Shown here one piece after another: positions 27,148 to 38,957 of a stretch of DNA of 64,000 nucleotides. A model generated the notes under the pieces. That model ran no database searches. It was not told the origin of the DNA and saw nothing but the letters and a program-made list of their open reading frames with translations. The number at the start of each line of letters is the position of its first letter. Position 1 is the first letter of the stretch. The translations under genes were made by a program, and so were the position numbers. Location of the stretch: assembly GCA_964388945.1 (NCBI GenBank), contig CAYMCM010000001.1:11715-75714 (forward strand), written 5' to 3'. The DNA comes from an uncultured Roseburia sp. (GTDB lineage Bacteria > Bacillota > Clostridia > Lachnospirales > Lachnospiraceae).

Positions 27148-28935
27148 TTATAATTTAAACATTTTTGTATTATCTTCGAGTGCCTGCACATCATCCAACA
27201 GGGTACGCACAATGTCGGCAGACTGTCTTACCACTCCGTCAAGCTCTGCGGACATTGCTGATGTCTCTTCGGTGGACGCCGCATTGTCAGTTGCAAGATG
27301 ATTGAGTGTCTCAATGTCGTCTGTAACTTTATTTCTCTGCGCATTGATCGCACTGATACGTTCCGTCATCGTTTCCACCGCATTTACGCATTCCTGTAAT
27401 GCGTCTTTGAGTCCGAGGAACATCTCTCTCGTGCTCTCTAAGGTATTGACCTGAAGCGTTGATGCCTCATTCATCGTCTGCATGATCTGCATAGACTTCT
27501 CAGAATTGTCGGTCAGTTCCTTGATAATGTCATTGATCTCGGTAGCCGTATTCGCAGACTGCATCGCAAGATTACCGATCTCTTCCGCTACAACCGCAAA
27601 ACCTCTTCCTGCTTCTCCCGCACGGGCAGCTTCAATGGATGCATTCAAAGACAACAGATTTGTCTGTGAGGAGATTTCCGTAATCAGCGTTGCCGCCTGA
27701 CTGATCTTGGTAACAGAATCATTTGTGCTTGCCGTCTGTGCGTACATGGAATCAATGTCCGCTTTCGTCTGAGTATTTACTTCGATCAGCTTGTGCAGTG
27801 CATCCATGGATTTATCGGAATAATCCTGCATGGTCTTTGCATTGTCTCCGAGAGAACCGACCTCATTTGATGTCGTCTCGATACCAGCCGCAATGCCCTC
27901 GATGCTTTCTGCCGCTTCCGTGGTAGACTGTGCCTGTGTTGTCGTATTCTGTGCGATCTCTCCGACTGCTGAGGATACATTGGCAATGGATTCTTCCATC
28001 ATATCAAAGTTCTTTGTAAATGTCCGGATCACTTCCGCAAGATTATCAGAGGTCGTGCTGATATTCGAGATCAGCTCTACCATATTTGCCTGTGCCACAT
28101 TTAACGCCTCGGCTGTTCTTCCAAGCTCATTGTTATCCCGCACATCGACCGGCTGTGTCAGATCTCCATTCGAAAGCCTTGTCGCCAAATCCTGGATCTT
28201 CATGAGCGGAGCACAGATGCTGTTTCCAAAAATCTTCGAAACGATCATGGAGTAAACTCCCATGACCACTGCAACAACAGCAATGATGACACAAAGTCTC
28301 ACGAAACGGTCACTGATATTATTCTGTACGGATGCCATCTCTGACTGCATATCATCAACATAATTTCCGGTAGATACAACCCAGCCCCACGGCTTAAAGA
28401 TCCCGGAATATGCGACCTTAGGTGCTACCGTCACACCATCCGCCTTTGTGAAATAAAACTCATTAAAGCCACCGCCGTCTGCACTCTGCGCCACTTTCAT
28501 GATTTCCTGAATGATCATGACCCCATTCTGATCTTCCAGCTCATAGCGGTTATCACCTTCCTGATCCGGCAGGATCGGATGCATAACGAGATTGTAATCT
28601 GTATCGTCGATCCAGAAATATCCGTCGCCCTCATCCCCGTAACGCATTGCGCGCACGATCTCTGCGGCTTCCTTCTTCGCTTCTTCCTCTGTCAGATCTC
28701 CTGACTCGCATTTATCATACTCAGCCTGAAGGATCGTGATCACGGACTGTACCTGCGATTTGATCTCCTGATTATACCCATCATTCATTGCGTTCTCATA
28801 GTCTTCGACTGCCATATTGGTCGTTGAGCGTATACTGACGATCGCTACAATGCCAATGATCAGACAGGCTAATACAACATTCCCCATACACAGGGACATG
28901 AGTGACGTTTTTACACTTTTCCCTTTTGTTCTCAT
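27148..28935 (-). CDS. Methyl-accepting chemotaxis protein with a single Cache_2-type sensor
   Basis: [66 protein letters not shown]. Confidence 0.93.
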   Translation of the reverse strand: MRTKGKSVKTSLMSLCMGNVVLACLIIGIVAIVSIRSTTNMAVEDYENAMNDGYNQEIKSQVQSVITILQAEYDKCESGDLTEEEAKKEAAEIVRAMRYGDEGDGYFWIDDTDYNLVMHPILPDQEGDNRYELEDQNGVMIIQEIMKVAQSADGGGFNEFYFTKADGVTVAPKVAYSGIFKPWGWVVSTGNYVDDMQSEMASVQNNISDRFVRLCVIIAVVAVVMGVYSMIVSKIFGNSICAPLMKIQDLATRLSNGDLTQPVDVRDNNELGRTAEALNVAQANMVELISNISTTSDNLAEVIRTFTKNFDMMEESIANVSSAVGEIAQNTTTQAQSTTEAAESIEGIAAGIETTSNEVGSLGDNAKTMQDYSDKSMDALHKLIEVNTQTKADIDSMYAQTASTNDSVTKISQAATLITEISSQTNLLSLNASIEAARAGEAGRGFAVVAEEIGNLAMQSANTATEINDIIKELTDNSEKSMQIMQTMNEASTLQVNTLESTREMFLGLKDALQECVNAVETMTERISAINAQRNKVTDDIETLNHLATDNAASTEETSAMSAELDGVVRQSADIVRTLLDDVQALEDNTKMFKL

Positions 28936-29106
28936 ATCTTTTTATCTCCCTCTTTCGGTGCCGGCTCTTTTGACTCACCGGCAGTTAATAATATATTATC
29001 TGTTTATTATATCACATTCTTTCATATTTGGCGAATTTTTACATTCTTTTACAATCTTTGTCTTTTTCGTTTCTCCTGATCTTTTCACGCACGCCATTAT
29101 GTCGAT

Positions 29107-30276
29107 TTATCGCGTAAAATCGTGATCTACATTTACGATCGCATATACATTTTCAAAGTTTTTCCGGATCAGATCACAAACCCAGTGTTCTGCTTCCTCG
29201 TCACTCATCCTGCAGTCCCCCGGAAGAACAATATCAAAAACCACATTTGTATGCGTCGGTCCCTTTATCATACGAAAATCATGAATGCTCATACGATCGT
29301 TTTGTCCGGTGATAAGATCCGACACCTTCTGTTTCATATTTGTGACCTCAGCATCATTTACATTGATCGGATCCATATGTATCACGGCATCACAGTCCAG
29401 CTTTTCTTTCAGCTCCCGCTCCACAGAATCAATCATATCATGCAGTTCATAGATTCCCCCGTCTCCCGGTACTTCCGCATGCAGTGAGATCATACATCTG
29501 CCCGGTCCATAATCATGCACGATCAGATCATGCATTCCCACGATCTGCTCATGAGACATCACGATCTGTTTGATCTGTTCTACCAATTCCGGCCTCGGTG
29601 CCTGCCCAAGCAGCGGGCTTAGCGTATCCTTTACCGCTCCGCATCCAGCACGCAGGATAAAAAGCGCAACCAGCACGCCGCAAATGCCGTCCACATTTAA
29701 TCCGGTAAACTTTGTGATCAGCATGGAGATCAAAACAACGGTCGTTGCAGCCACATCGCTCAAACTGTCTGCGGCTGTCGCTTTCATCGCCGCCGAGTCT
29801 ATTTTTTTGCCTATCTTCTTATTATAATATGCCATATAAAATTTGACTCCGATCGCTGCAATGAGCACTGCAAACGCTGCCAAACTCGTATCCACCGCTT
29901 CCGGATAAATGATCTTTTTTACCGAAGTGCGAAAAAGCTCCACACCCATGATCAAAATCATCGCCGACACGATCAGTCCTGAGAGATATTCCACACGCCC
30001 GTGACCAAACGGATGCTCCAGATCCGCTTTTTTCCCCGCCATTTGAAAACCGACCAATGTAATGACGGAAGACCCGGCATCCGAAAGATTATTAAAGGAA
30101 TCCGCCATGACCGCCACCGATCTGCTTAACATTCCCGCCACATATTTCCCGGCAAACAGGATAATGTTTAATGCGATCCCGACGATACAACTGATCCTGC
30201 CATATCCTCTGCGCACTGCCGGATCTCTGGTATCTGATGTATCTTTTAACAGAAGCTTTGCTAACAGTTCTATCAT
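29107..30276 (-). CDS. Cation diffusion facilitator family transporter
   Basis: ADSFNNLSD, HPFGHGRVE, DSLSD, C-terminal dimerization domain (HDYGPG, HMDP). Confidence 0.92.
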   Translation of the reverse strand: MIELLAKLLLKDTSDTRDPAVRRGYGRISCIVGIALNIILFAGKYVAGMLSRSVAVMADSFNNLSDAGSSVITLVGFQMAGKKADLEHPFGHGRVEYLSGLIVSAMILIMGVELFRTSVKKIIYPEAVDTSLAAFAVLIAAIGVKFYMAYYNKKIGKKIDSAAMKATAADSLSDVAATTVVLISMLITKFTGLNVDGICGVLVALFILRAGCGAVKDTLSPLLGQAPRPELVEQIKQIVMSHEQIVGMHDLIVHDYGPGRCMISLHAEVPGDGGIYELHDMIDSVERELKEKLDCDAVIHMDPINVNDAEVTNMKQKVSDLITGQNDRMSIHDFRMIKGPTHTNVVFDIVLPGDCRMSDEEAEHWVCDLIRKNFENVYAIVNVDHDFTR

Positions 30277-30519
30277 ATGTTATCCCCCGTATTGCTTTTT
30301 AGGACTATTTTATTCTTTTCCTCTAAAAAAAACAATCTTTTATGCTCATTTTTTCCAGTTATGCGGCATATCTTTAAACTATCACCCGTCCGTCCCCCAC
30401 AGATGCATTTCTTAATTTTTCCTTTATTCCATCAAATACCTGCTTTTTTTACTACCTTTTTTCTAGGTTTTGTGCTATCTTAGGTAAGAAACAAAAGCTA
30501 TTTACAGAAAGGGGTTATT

Positions 30520-32019
30520 ATGGCAAAAAGAAGAAAAAGACGGCGGCATTCCTATCTTGCAAAAGGTCTTATCTTTGGCTTTGGAATCCCGTTTTTCCTG
30601 CTCCTTGTTCTATATATGATCTTTGCGTTTTATTTCCATTCACACTTTTTTTGGCGCACCGAGATCAACGGCTTATCGGTCGGCGGCATGACAACGGACG
30701 AGGCAAAAACTAAGATCAAAGAAGCTGCTTCCTCCTACCTTCTTTCAATCTATGACAGAGATGGAAACAAATATCATATCAGCGCATCTGACATGGATTA
30801 TGCATATGTTCCGGGCTCTGAGGAGGAACGGCTTTTAGCGGAGCAAAACGCCTGGGCATGGCCGAAATCTCTCTTTTCGGACACTTCCCTCACACTGGAA
30901 ACGACCGTCACTTATGACAGCGGTCTTTTAGCCGAAGCCGTTTTAGCACTGCCGTGTTTTCTCCCGGAAAACATCACGGAGCCTGCCGATGCGTACATCG
31001 AAAAAACCGAGGACGGCTATGCACTGATCGCCGAAACACCGGGCACACATCTGCTCACTGACCAGGTACAAAAGGATGTAGCCGATGCTGTTTCTGCCGG
31101 AGAGACTAAACTCACACTGACAGACAGGGATTACCTCGCACCTGCGGTAACTTCGGATGATCCTGCCCTGACCGCCTGCATGAATACCGTAAACACCTGG
31201 CTTTGTGCATCGATCACTTATGACATTGCCGATCAAGACGAAGTTTTGGACCGCAGCACGACCGCAGACTGGATCGTGATTGGTTCTGATCATACCGTAT
31301 CATTAGACCAGAGCCGGATCACCTCCTATGTCCAGTCACTTGCCAGCAAATACAACACCTACGGCCGCAGGCGCAACTTCATTACCTCAAAGGGTGACAC
31401 CGTGTTAATCGGCGGCGGCGATTACGGCTGGGTCGTTGACAAGAAAAAAGAAGCCGAGCAGATCTCTGCCGATCTCGCTGCCGGAGCTTCCATTACAAGA
31501 GAACCGGTCTACGAACAGCGCGGTGTACAAAGATCCGCAGACGACATCGGAAATACATATGTGGAGATCGACTACACAAACCAGCATCTGTGGTATTATA
31601 AGGAAGGTTCTCTTGTGACCGAAGCAGACATCGTATCCGGAAAACTTTCCAACGGAAACGGTTCTCCGGACGGTATTTATAAGATCGTATACCGGCAGAG
31701 TCCTGCCGTTTTAAAGGGAGAGGACTACGAATCAAACGTAACTTATTTTATGCCGTTTGCCTATAACGTAGGCATCCATGATGCGGATTGGCGCAGTGCC
31801 TTCGGCGGCAGTATCTATATCAACTCCGGCTCACATGGCTGTGTCAATGTTCCTTTTGACTGTGCCGCTGCCATTTATCAGAATATCGAAGTCGGCACTC
31901 CGGTGGTCGCCTATTACAGAGAGCCGGTTTCCCTGACTTCTAACTCGGCAAAGATTTCCAATGCCTATTCCTATACAGATCCGGATGCAGAAAAAACAGC
32001 AGGTACGGCAACGCCGTAA
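30520..32019 (+). CDS. L,D-transpeptidase (YkuD family) with peptidoglycan-binding domains
   Basis: N-terminal TM anchor; YVEIDYTNQHLW, GIHDA, GSHGCVN. Confidence 0.9.
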   Translation: MAKRRKRRRHSYLAKGLIFGFGIPFFLLLVLYMIFAFYFHSHFFWRTEINGLSVGGMTTDEAKTKIKEAASSYLLSIYDRDGNKYHISASDMDYAYVPGSEEERLLAEQNAWAWPKSLFSDTSLTLETTVTYDSGLLAEAVLALPCFLPENITEPADAYIEKTEDGYALIAETPGTHLLTDQVQKDVADAVSAGETKLTLTDRDYLAPAVTSDDPALTACMNTVNTWLCASITYDIADQDEVLDRSTTADWIVIGSDHTVSLDQSRITSYVQSLASKYNTYGRRRNFITSKGDTVLIGGGDYGWVVDKKKEAEQISADLAAGASITREPVYEQRGVQRSADDIGNTYVEIDYTNQHLWYYKEGSLVTEADIVSGKLSNGNGSPDGIYKIVYRQSPAVLKGEDYESNVTYFMPFAYNVGIHDADWRSAFGGSIYINSGSHGCVNVPFDCAAAIYQNIEVGTPVVAYYREPVSLTSNSAKISNAYSYTDPDAEKTAGTATP

Positions 32020-32036
32020 ACCTGCTGTCTTTTTTT
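31991..32036. terminator. Bidirectional terminator overlapping the L,D-transpeptidase stop
   Basis: ACAGCAGGT-ACGGC-AAC-GCCGT-AA-ACCTGCTGT, flanked by an A run and a T run. Confidence 0.75.
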
Positions 32037-32038
32037 CG

Positions 32039-34342
32039 TTAAATCGTGGATGCGATGATCTCCAGATTTCCCTGAAGTTCCACTTTTCCATATCCGTTCG
32101 GGAGGATAAAGTGATCTCCCTTTTTGATGCGCTGTCCGTTTAAGAGGGCATCACCTTCGAGAACTGACATAATAAGAAACGGATATTCCTGTTCAAATTC
32201 CATTTTTCCATCAAGTTCAATCTTAAATACCTTGTAATACTGGCACGCATAAAGTTCGTTTAACTTATTTTTTTCCACATGTGCGGCAGATTTTACGCTG
32301 TCTTCCACCGATTTTGCCGGAACATTGATGACATCGATACTCTTTTCCACATGAAGCTCTCTCGGCTTGCCGTTGGAAAGTCTGTCATAATCGTAAACAC
32401 GATAGGTAATATCGCTGTTCTGCTGTGTCTCAAGGATCATCAGTCCACCCTTGATCGCATGTACCGTACCCGGATCAATCTGGATGAAATCACCTTTCTT
32501 TACCGGAATTTCACGGATAAATTCTTTCCATTTTCCCTGATGAATCATGTCACCGAGTTCTTCTTTCGTCTTTGCATTGTGGCCGATGACCAGTGACGCA
32601 TCTTCCGGGCAGTCGATAATGTACCAGCACTCTGTCTTACCAAAGGAACCGTTCTCATTCACCTTTGCATAATCATCATTCGGATGCACCTGAATGCTTA
32701 AATCATCTTTTGCATCGATGATCTTAATGAGAAGCGGGAAACGGTCGATATCCACATTTCCGAAAAGTTCCGGCTCTTCTTTCCACAATTCAGATAATTT
32801 CTTTCCGGCATAAACGCCCTCACGAATCGTATCATCTCCGTTCTGATGCGCTGCAACACCCCAGCACTCGCCAATGTCGTTGCCTTCCACATCATAAGCG
32901 AAATCTGTACGCAGTCTGGTTCCTCCCCAGATATTATGTGTAAATACAGGGTTTAAAAATAAAATTGGTGTCTCCTGTTTGTTCATTCCAAGCTCCCTTC
33001 CATTGGATTCGATAACCTTCTGATACCAGTAGGCAGAATCTTTTACAATCCGTTTTTGTGTTGCAAAATCTACATATACAATACCGAATCTTTCATTATA
33101 TCCTTTATCCCATTCAAAATTGTCAAGAAATGTCCATAAAAAATATCCCCTGACATCCGCACCGTCATCGTTTGCCTTCAAAAGTGCAGACAGATATTCA
33201 TCCAGAAACTGGATACGGTTTGGATCATGTACTCTGCCATCCCGTGATACATTGTCATGGCAGGACATTCCGTTCTCGGTAATATAAAGCGGCAGATGAT
33301 AGCGTTCCGAAAGAAAACGCACACCCCAGTAAAACGCCTCCGGCGTCACCGGCCAGTTTGCCGCCGTCTTCGGAAATCCCGGTGTCCGATTTACAAACTC
33401 CGGCTCTCCGTCCGCTCCGGCGCGTATTGCATAACCATTATAAATATTCTGCCCCATGAAATCGATCGGCTGATGGATCAGCTCCATATCTTCCTTTGTG
33501 ATCTTTGGCAGATACTCTTTATATTTTTCCAGTCCCTCTTTCGGATAACTGCCAAGAAACACCGGATCGGAAAACCATGCCACATTCCATGTCCAGTTAT
33601 CTAACGGATTATAAAATCCGAAATAAACCTTCTTTGCCGCCTCAATGTCCTCTTTCCTGTCGGTTGCCGGATATGCCACGCCGCAGGTCGGCGCATAACC
33701 AATCTTTATCTCGCGCTTTGCATATCTGCGCAGATTGATGACTGCCTGACCATGCGCACGAAGCGCATTATGCGCGATCTGAAATGTCTCTTTGATCTCC
33801 ATCTTTTTGCCCGGCGCATGAACTCCGGAGAGATGACCAAGCCCGACAAAACACTGCGGCTCATTTAAGGTAAAGAAATATTCACACAGATCCGAGAAAT
33901 TTTGGGCAACTACCTTCGCATATTCCCCGAACCATGCGATCACATCTTCATTCAGCCAGCCGCCTTTATCCTGCAATGCCTGGGGAAACTCCCAGTGGTA
34001 CAGCGTGATATAAGGCGTGATCCCGTTCTTTTTCATTTCAACGATCATATCTCGGTATAATGCGATCGCCTTTTCGTTGACCCTGCCGGTTCCTTCCGGC
34101 AGGATTCTCGCCCAGCTTAAGGAAAAACGGTATGCCTTGATACCGAGCAGACGCATCAGTGCAAAATCTTCTTTGTAGCGGTGAATCTCATCACAGCTTA
34201 CATATGCATTCTGACCGTCAAAGATGCGCCCTTCCTCGGTAAAGGTATCCCATATGTTTTTCCCACAGCCATCTTCTTTGTCTCTTCCTTCTATCTGATA
34301 AGCGCTGCTCGCAACGCCCCATGCAAAATCTTCCCGAAACAT
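32039..34342 (-). CDS. GH1 beta-glucosidase fused to class I mannose-6-phosphate isomerase
   Basis: GH1 TLNEP and ITENG motifs (about aa 1-450); PMI IWGG, DLSIQVHP, KTECWY, PGTVHA motifs; single open frame. Confidence 0.92.
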   Translation of the reverse strand: MFREDFAWGVASSAYQIEGRDKEDGCGKNIWDTFTEEGRIFDGQNAYVSCDEIHRYKEDFALMRLLGIKAYRFSLSWARILPEGTGRVNEKAIALYRDMIVEMKKNGITPYITLYHWEFPQALQDKGGWLNEDVIAWFGEYAKVVAQNFSDLCEYFFTLNEPQCFVGLGHLSGVHAPGKKMEIKETFQIAHNALRAHGQAVINLRRYAKREIKIGYAPTCGVAYPATDRKEDIEAAKKVYFGFYNPLDNWTWNVAWFSDPVFLGSYPKEGLEKYKEYLPKITKEDMELIHQPIDFMGQNIYNGYAIRAGADGEPEFVNRTPGFPKTAANWPVTPEAFYWGVRFLSERYHLPLYITENGMSCHDNVSRDGRVHDPNRIQFLDEYLSALLKANDDGADVRGYFLWTFLDNFEWDKGYNERFGIVYVDFATQKRIVKDSAYWYQKVIESNGRELGMNKQETPILFLNPVFTHNIWGGTRLRTDFAYDVEGNDIGECWGVAAHQNGDDTIREGVYAGKKLSELWKEEPELFGNVDIDRFPLLIKIIDAKDDLSIQVHPNDDYAKVNENGSFGKTECWYIIDCPEDASLVIGHNAKTKEELGDMIHQGKWKEFIREIPVKKGDFIQIDPGTVHAIKGGLMILETQQNSDITYRVYDYDRLSNGKPRELHVEKSIDVINVPAKSVEDSVKSAAHVEKNKLNELYACQYYKVFKIELDGKMEFEQEYPFLIMSVLEGDALLNGQRIKKGDHFILPNGYGKVELQGNLEIIASTI

Positions 34343-34368
34343 TTTTGTTCCTCTCTTTTATTCCTTAA

Positions 34369-36567
34369 TTACACTTGATATTTACTAAGTGCATCCTGGA
34401 GACGGGAAACCTCCTGATTCAGCTCTTCTGCCGCCGCTGCCAGTTTTTCCGCATCGGAAAGCTGACCGTTTACCGTCGCCGTTACTTCTTCCGCCGATGC
34501 CGCCGTCTCCTCCGAAACAGCCGCGATACTGCGGATCGAATCAAATACTTTTTCTTTATCTGAAACCATTTCTTCCATATTGTCAGTCACTTCACCCAGT
34601 ACCGTTATCAGATTGGTCACATTGGTGTTGATCTCGCTGAAAATATCTACGGTTCCTTCGATCGACTCTGCCTGATTCTTTAAAAATTCCTCTGCACGTT
34701 TTGCAGAGTCTGAGGTGATCTTCGTCTTTTGCTGGATCACACCCACGATCTGACGGATATGACTGCCCGCTTCTGCTGACTGATCTGCAAGTTTGCGGAT
34801 CTCTTCTGCCACAACTGCAAATCCTCTTCCGGCTTCTCCCGCACGCGCCGCCTCGATCGAAGCATTTAATGACAACAGGTTTGTCTGCTCTGCAATCTCA
34901 CTGATCGTTGCAATGATACTTCCGATGCTCTTTGAATTTTCTTCGACATCGGCGATATTCTGAATCAGGATATTCGTAATCTCCGCCGCTGCCTTTGATT
35001 TGTCGGAAAGCTCATAAACCATATCTTTTCCGTTCTCGATTGCATTCATAGCCTGTGCAGAATTTTCCTGCATATCATTTGTTCTGCCATGAACCAGATT
35101 CAGTTTATCGGAGAAATTCGTCATTTCCCGTAACCCAACTTCCGTATCCTCTGCCTGTCTGGTAACGCCCTGCGCCACTTCTTCCATCGCATTGTTAATA
35201 CCGGTCATGGAATCTACCATGGTACTTGCCGTAGACGCAACGCCCTCGGTGGACTCACTTACCGCAGCGATAAACTCGATCACATTCTGCATAAGCTGTC
35301 TGATATTCTTAAGCATATCGGTCATCCCGCCCGCAAGCAGTTTGAATTCATCATTTCTCTTTGTTGTAAATTCTGTCGTAAAATCACCGGCTGACACCTT
35401 ATCCATCTGTCTGTTCAGCGCTACTACCTCACGGCTGATACCCTGTGCCATAACGCTTCCGATCAGCATGGCAACCACACACGCTAAAATAACGATGATG
35501 ATCGTTGTATTCCGGATACCGGATGCGGCCGACAGGATCGTTGCTTTCGGTACGATACTTGCGACTGCCATGCCCGTATTTCCGATCGGTGCAACGGAAA
35601 GCAGACAGCTTGCGCCATTAAACTTCACATAACTGTTTCCGGCTTCTTCTGCCGCCAGTGCTTTTTCCTCAACATCACTTCCCTCAAACATATCTGTCGT
35701 CACAAGACTGCCGTCTTCCATCATGAGCACACGGTGATCCGGCGTAAACAGTGCGACATAGGAACCTTCACCATTATCAATATTGGCAAGAACCTCTTCG
35801 ATCGCCGTAGTCGTGATGTCTAAACTGATAAAACCATTGCCCTTAGAAAAAGTTCTCGTATAGGCAACCGCATAGCTGTCCGGATGCGATCCGGTAACTT
35901 CATCGAGATAATTGTGATAACCGCTCCAGTAGTTCTCATTTCCTTTGGTTGATTTAAAACGCGCTCCTTCGTCTGTCTTTAAGTATTCTTCAAAAGAATC
36001 CTTTGACGTATTGCTGGTCGTTGAAGTAACCCCGTTTCCATTTTCGCCAAACACTGCGTAGTTTGCGATGTAGCTTGAAGTCCCGCGCACCGTGGTAAGT
36101 ACCGTCTGTACGGAACGATAACAGGACTGTGCTTCTGCCGCATCCGCTTTGTAGGATTTGGTATAATATGCCTGTATGTACTCGTTGCTTGCAAATTCTG
36201 CCGCCTTGTTCTGTACATTTTCGCAGAGGAGATTACAGTTTAAGCTCATGGATGCCACGGTATCCATAACAGACTGCTCGTATTGTTTCTTGATACTGTT
36301 TGCAGAAAGATTGTATGAAACCGTTCCCAGGATGACGATCAAAACAACCGGCACGCAGAATGCGAGAATCAGTTTGTACCCGATCTTGCTGTTGCCTTTC
36401 TTGCTTGTCGTAATCTTTCCCTTATTCTTTTTTGTGCCGTCTGCCGGGATCTTGATCCCTTCCAAAGATAATTTCGGCACTTTGATCTTCTTTGCGGCAT
36501 CTTTTACCTTCGTCATCTTTTCTTTGACCGCTGTTTTGTTTCCCTTTTTTCCAATGTTCTTTGCCAT
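34369..36567 (-). CDS. Methyl-accepting chemotaxis protein inside the mannan operon
   Basis: Lys-rich N-terminal extension, TM, large extracellular domain, [40 protein letters not shown]. Confidence 0.92.
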   Translation of the reverse strand: MAKNIGKKGNKTAVKEKMTKVKDAAKKIKVPKLSLEGIKIPADGTKKNKGKITTSKKGNSKIGYKLILAFCVPVVLIVILGTVSYNLSANSIKKQYEQSVMDTVASMSLNCNLLCENVQNKAAEFASNEYIQAYYTKSYKADAAEAQSCYRSVQTVLTTVRGTSSYIANYAVFGENGNGVTSTTSNTSKDSFEEYLKTDEGARFKSTKGNENYWSGYHNYLDEVTGSHPDSYAVAYTRTFSKGNGFISLDITTTAIEEVLANIDNGEGSYVALFTPDHRVLMMEDGSLVTTDMFEGSDVEEKALAAEEAGNSYVKFNGASCLLSVAPIGNTGMAVASIVPKATILSAASGIRNTTIIIVILACVVAMLIGSVMAQGISREVVALNRQMDKVSAGDFTTEFTTKRNDEFKLLAGGMTDMLKNIRQLMQNVIEFIAAVSESTEGVASTASTMVDSMTGINNAMEEVAQGVTRQAEDTEVGLREMTNFSDKLNLVHGRTNDMQENSAQAMNAIENGKDMVYELSDKSKAAAEITNILIQNIADVEENSKSIGSIIATISEIAEQTNLLSLNASIEAARAGEAGRGFAVVAEEIRKLADQSAEAGSHIRQIVGVIQQKTKITSDSAKRAEEFLKNQAESIEGTVDIFSEINTNVTNLITVLGEVTDNMEEMVSDKEKVFDSIRSIAAVSEETAASAEEVTATVNGQLSDAEKLAAAAEELNQEVSRLQDALSKYQV

Positions 36568-36620
36568 GGTTTTTCCTCCATATCTGTCTGCCATGCATCA
36601 CGCTTCTATTTATAATATCC

Positions 36621-37757
36621 TCACTCAGCTCTCCCCTGCTTTGATGAGCAAATTACGGATGCCAGATAAAACGGTTCTGCCACTTGTCCACAATCCACGG
36701 GAATTTGGATCTCTACTTTGTGTCTCCCTTCTCTCCCATGTCTTAAAACAGTCTGAAGAAACAGACAATCACCCCATGTTTCTTCAAAATTTGCGTCCAG
36801 CTCTATCCCTGCGGAATCCTCTCCGTCCAAGATCAGTCTGGCAACGGGTGCCGGATGCTTCACTGACTTTTTGTACTGGATCGCAATTTCGCTTCCGGTC
36901 ACTTCAAACACAATGGAGGAACCAGGCTCAAATGCCGTCCATCCATATCGAAATACGTCCGTGATCGTTTCCTGCTTTTCCATATCCTTTTTCCATCCGC
37001 CCGTGATCTTCGGATCACAGTTATCATTCCGATAACGCAGTGCGTGTTCATAGGATGCCTTTGTCAGAGGCGTTTTTTTCTCCTCCGGCACCGCTTCCTC
37101 CCGTTCCCTTTCCGAAAACACTTCTTCCAGAAAAGCATTTATCACGCCTGCAACCAACTCATGTCCGTTATCATTCGGATGCAGATAATCCGAAGTAATC
37201 GCCTCCGCCGCTATTCTGCCTGCTGCGACCTTTGGATAAATGGAACTCTGCATACTGATCTGTGGCAGTTCATAATACCTTGCTATCTGTGCGTGCCAGA
37301 CTTCTGCATTGCCGCCATCGTCATAACGCACACTATTTATGCATATTATAGCAGTTTTTTGGTCAAAAGTGTAGATTTTTCGAATTAAACTTTCATATGT
37401 TTCCATAAAAAAGTCACAAGCATCATCATTGACGCTAAATTCCACGAAAACCACATCCGGATGATATGTGAGCAGATCCGCTTCCACACGCGCTGCTGCA
37501 AACTGTGATGTCGTTGCTCCGATTCCTGCATTTATATAGGAAACTTCTGCCTTCGGGAATGTTTTTCTCCACCACTCATACACCCGGTACGCGTAACAAA
37601 GTTCCGGTCTGGATGCCAGACATCCCATCGTAATAGAGCCGCCGATAAATCCGACTGAAATATCCTCCCCTGCCTCAGCGCGCCGCATAACATCCTTAAG
37701 CCGCCGTAAATTCCCGCGATTTGCAATTCCGCTTTTATAATCGATCCTGTATTCCAT
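36621..37757 (-). CDS. SGNH acetylmannan esterase (CE17-like, with C-terminal CBM35-like domain)
   Basis: FIGGSIT, NAGIGAT, EFSVND, DYLHPND; resembles Roseburia intestinalis RiCE17 as recalled; mannan context. Confidence 0.85.
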   Translation of the reverse strand: MEYRIDYKSGIANRGNLRRLKDVMRRAEAGEDISVGFIGGSITMGCLASRPELCYAYRVYEWWRKTFPKAEVSYINAGIGATTSQFAAARVEADLLTYHPDVVFVEFSVNDDACDFFMETYESLIRKIYTFDQKTAIICINSVRYDDGGNAEVWHAQIARYYELPQISMQSSIYPKVAAGRIAAEAITSDYLHPNDNGHELVAGVINAFLEEVFSEREREEAVPEEKKTPLTKASYEHALRYRNDNCDPKITGGWKKDMEKQETITDVFRYGWTAFEPGSSIVFEVTGSEIAIQYKKSVKHPAPVARLILDGEDSAGIELDANFEETWGDCLFLQTVLRHGREGRHKVEIQIPVDCGQVAEPFYLASVICSSKQGRAE

Positions 37758-37778
37758 GACTTATTCCTTATATATGTC

Positions 37779-37804
37779 GTGAGCCTGCTGTTATGCAGGC
37801 TCAC
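37779..37804. other. Intra-operon stem-loop
   Basis: GTGAGCCTGC-TGTTAT-GCAGGCTCAC, perfect 10-bp arms between GH130_2 and CE17. Confidence 0.65.
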
Positions 37805-37890
37805 AAGTAAAAAAATGTATTTATGTCTGCAGCGGTTGGAGTGTAAAAATTTATATCCGCCGCAGGATGAAAAGAAACTACCGATACTTA

Positions 37891-38913
37891 TTAGCGTCTG
37901 CCGATCTCTGTATCTGTATCTGTCGTTACACTGTGTTCCTTGATGTAATCAATGATGTCATCAAGTTCTGTAAATGCAAGACCGACATAGCTGTCTGCAG
38001 CGCCGTAGTAAATTGCGATCTTTCCGCTCTCAGAATCATGAATGGTTGCGCATGGGAAGCATACATTCGGAACGAATCCTCTTTCCTCATACCATTCTTC
38101 CGGTGTGAGCAGGAAAGTCTCACATCTGTATTTTACAATAGACGGATTATCAATATCTAAGATTGCTCCGCCGATGGAATAAACATAACCATTGCAGGTT
38201 CCGCTTACGCCGTGGTAGAAAAGCAGCCATCCTTCGGATGTCTCGATCGGAGCAGCTCCGCCGCCGATCTTTAAGGATTCCCACCATTCACTGCCTTTTC
38301 CCATGACATGTCTGTGTTTGCCCCAGTATACCATGTCCGGGCTTTCGCTGATGAAAATATCACCAAACGGTGTGTGTCCGCTGTCAGACGGACGGGAAAG
38401 CATTACAAATTTTCCATTGATCTTGCGCGGGAATAATACCGCATTACGGTTAAACGGAAGGAACGGATTTTCAATTCTTGTGAAAGTCTTGAAATCTGTT
38501 GTCTTTGCAACACCGATCGCTGCACCGTAAAAATCCTGACACCAGATGATATAATAGGTATCTTCTACTTTTACCAGACGAGGATCGTATGCGTAAACCG
38601 GCATAAACGGCTTTCCGTCTTCGTCTACAAAAGGAATCTTTTCTTTGTCAAAATCCCAGTGGATCGCATCTTTGCTTCTTCCCATGTAAATGTAAGGAAT
38701 ACCGTTCGTCTGCTCTCCACGGAATACACCGATAAATCCACCTTCATAAGGTATTACTGCACTGTTAAAGATACGTGCCACACCTTCCACCGGATTTCTT
38801 CCAATGATCGGGTTTTCATTGTAACGCCAGATCGGTGCATTCTTTAATCCTTCCGGTTTATCCTGCCACGGCACATTCGGTACTGCCGGGCTGATCATTT
38901 TATATTTGCTCAT
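37891..38913 (-). CDS. Beta-1,4-mannooligosaccharide phosphorylase (GH130_2)
   Basis: RIFNSAV, YAYDPR, NRNAVLFPRKI, KIGGGAAP, VPNVCFP. Confidence 0.9.
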   Translation of the reverse strand: MSKYKMISPAVPNVPWQDKPEGLKNAPIWRYNENPIIGRNPVEGVARIFNSAVIPYEGGFIGVFRGEQTNGIPYIYMGRSKDAIHWDFDKEKIPFVDEDGKPFMPVYAYDPRLVKVEDTYYIIWCQDFYGAAIGVAKTTDFKTFTRIENPFLPFNRNAVLFPRKINGKFVMLSRPSDSGHTPFGDIFISESPDMVYWGKHRHVMGKGSEWWESLKIGGGAAPIETSEGWLLFYHGVSGTCNGYVYSIGGAILDIDNPSIVKYRCETFLLTPEEWYEERGFVPNVCFPCATIHDSESGKIAIYYGAADSYVGLAFTELDDIIDYIKEHSVTTDTDTEIGRR

Positions 38914-38957
38914 ACTTTACTCCTTTTCTTTCCGAATAAATCGGAATCCTGTCTGAT

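Noticed and set aside
29020-29055. Sigma-28 promoter (TAAA-N15-GCCAAATA) upstream of the Cache MCP
   Set aside because: Poor -10 match; a TG-extended TATAAT nearby explains transcription more simply.
28936-29106. c-di-GMP or other riboswitch upstream of the MCP or GGDEF genes
   Set aside because: Only a short hairpin (TGCCGG...CCGGCA); no recognisable aptamer core. An Infernal/Rfam scan would be decisive.
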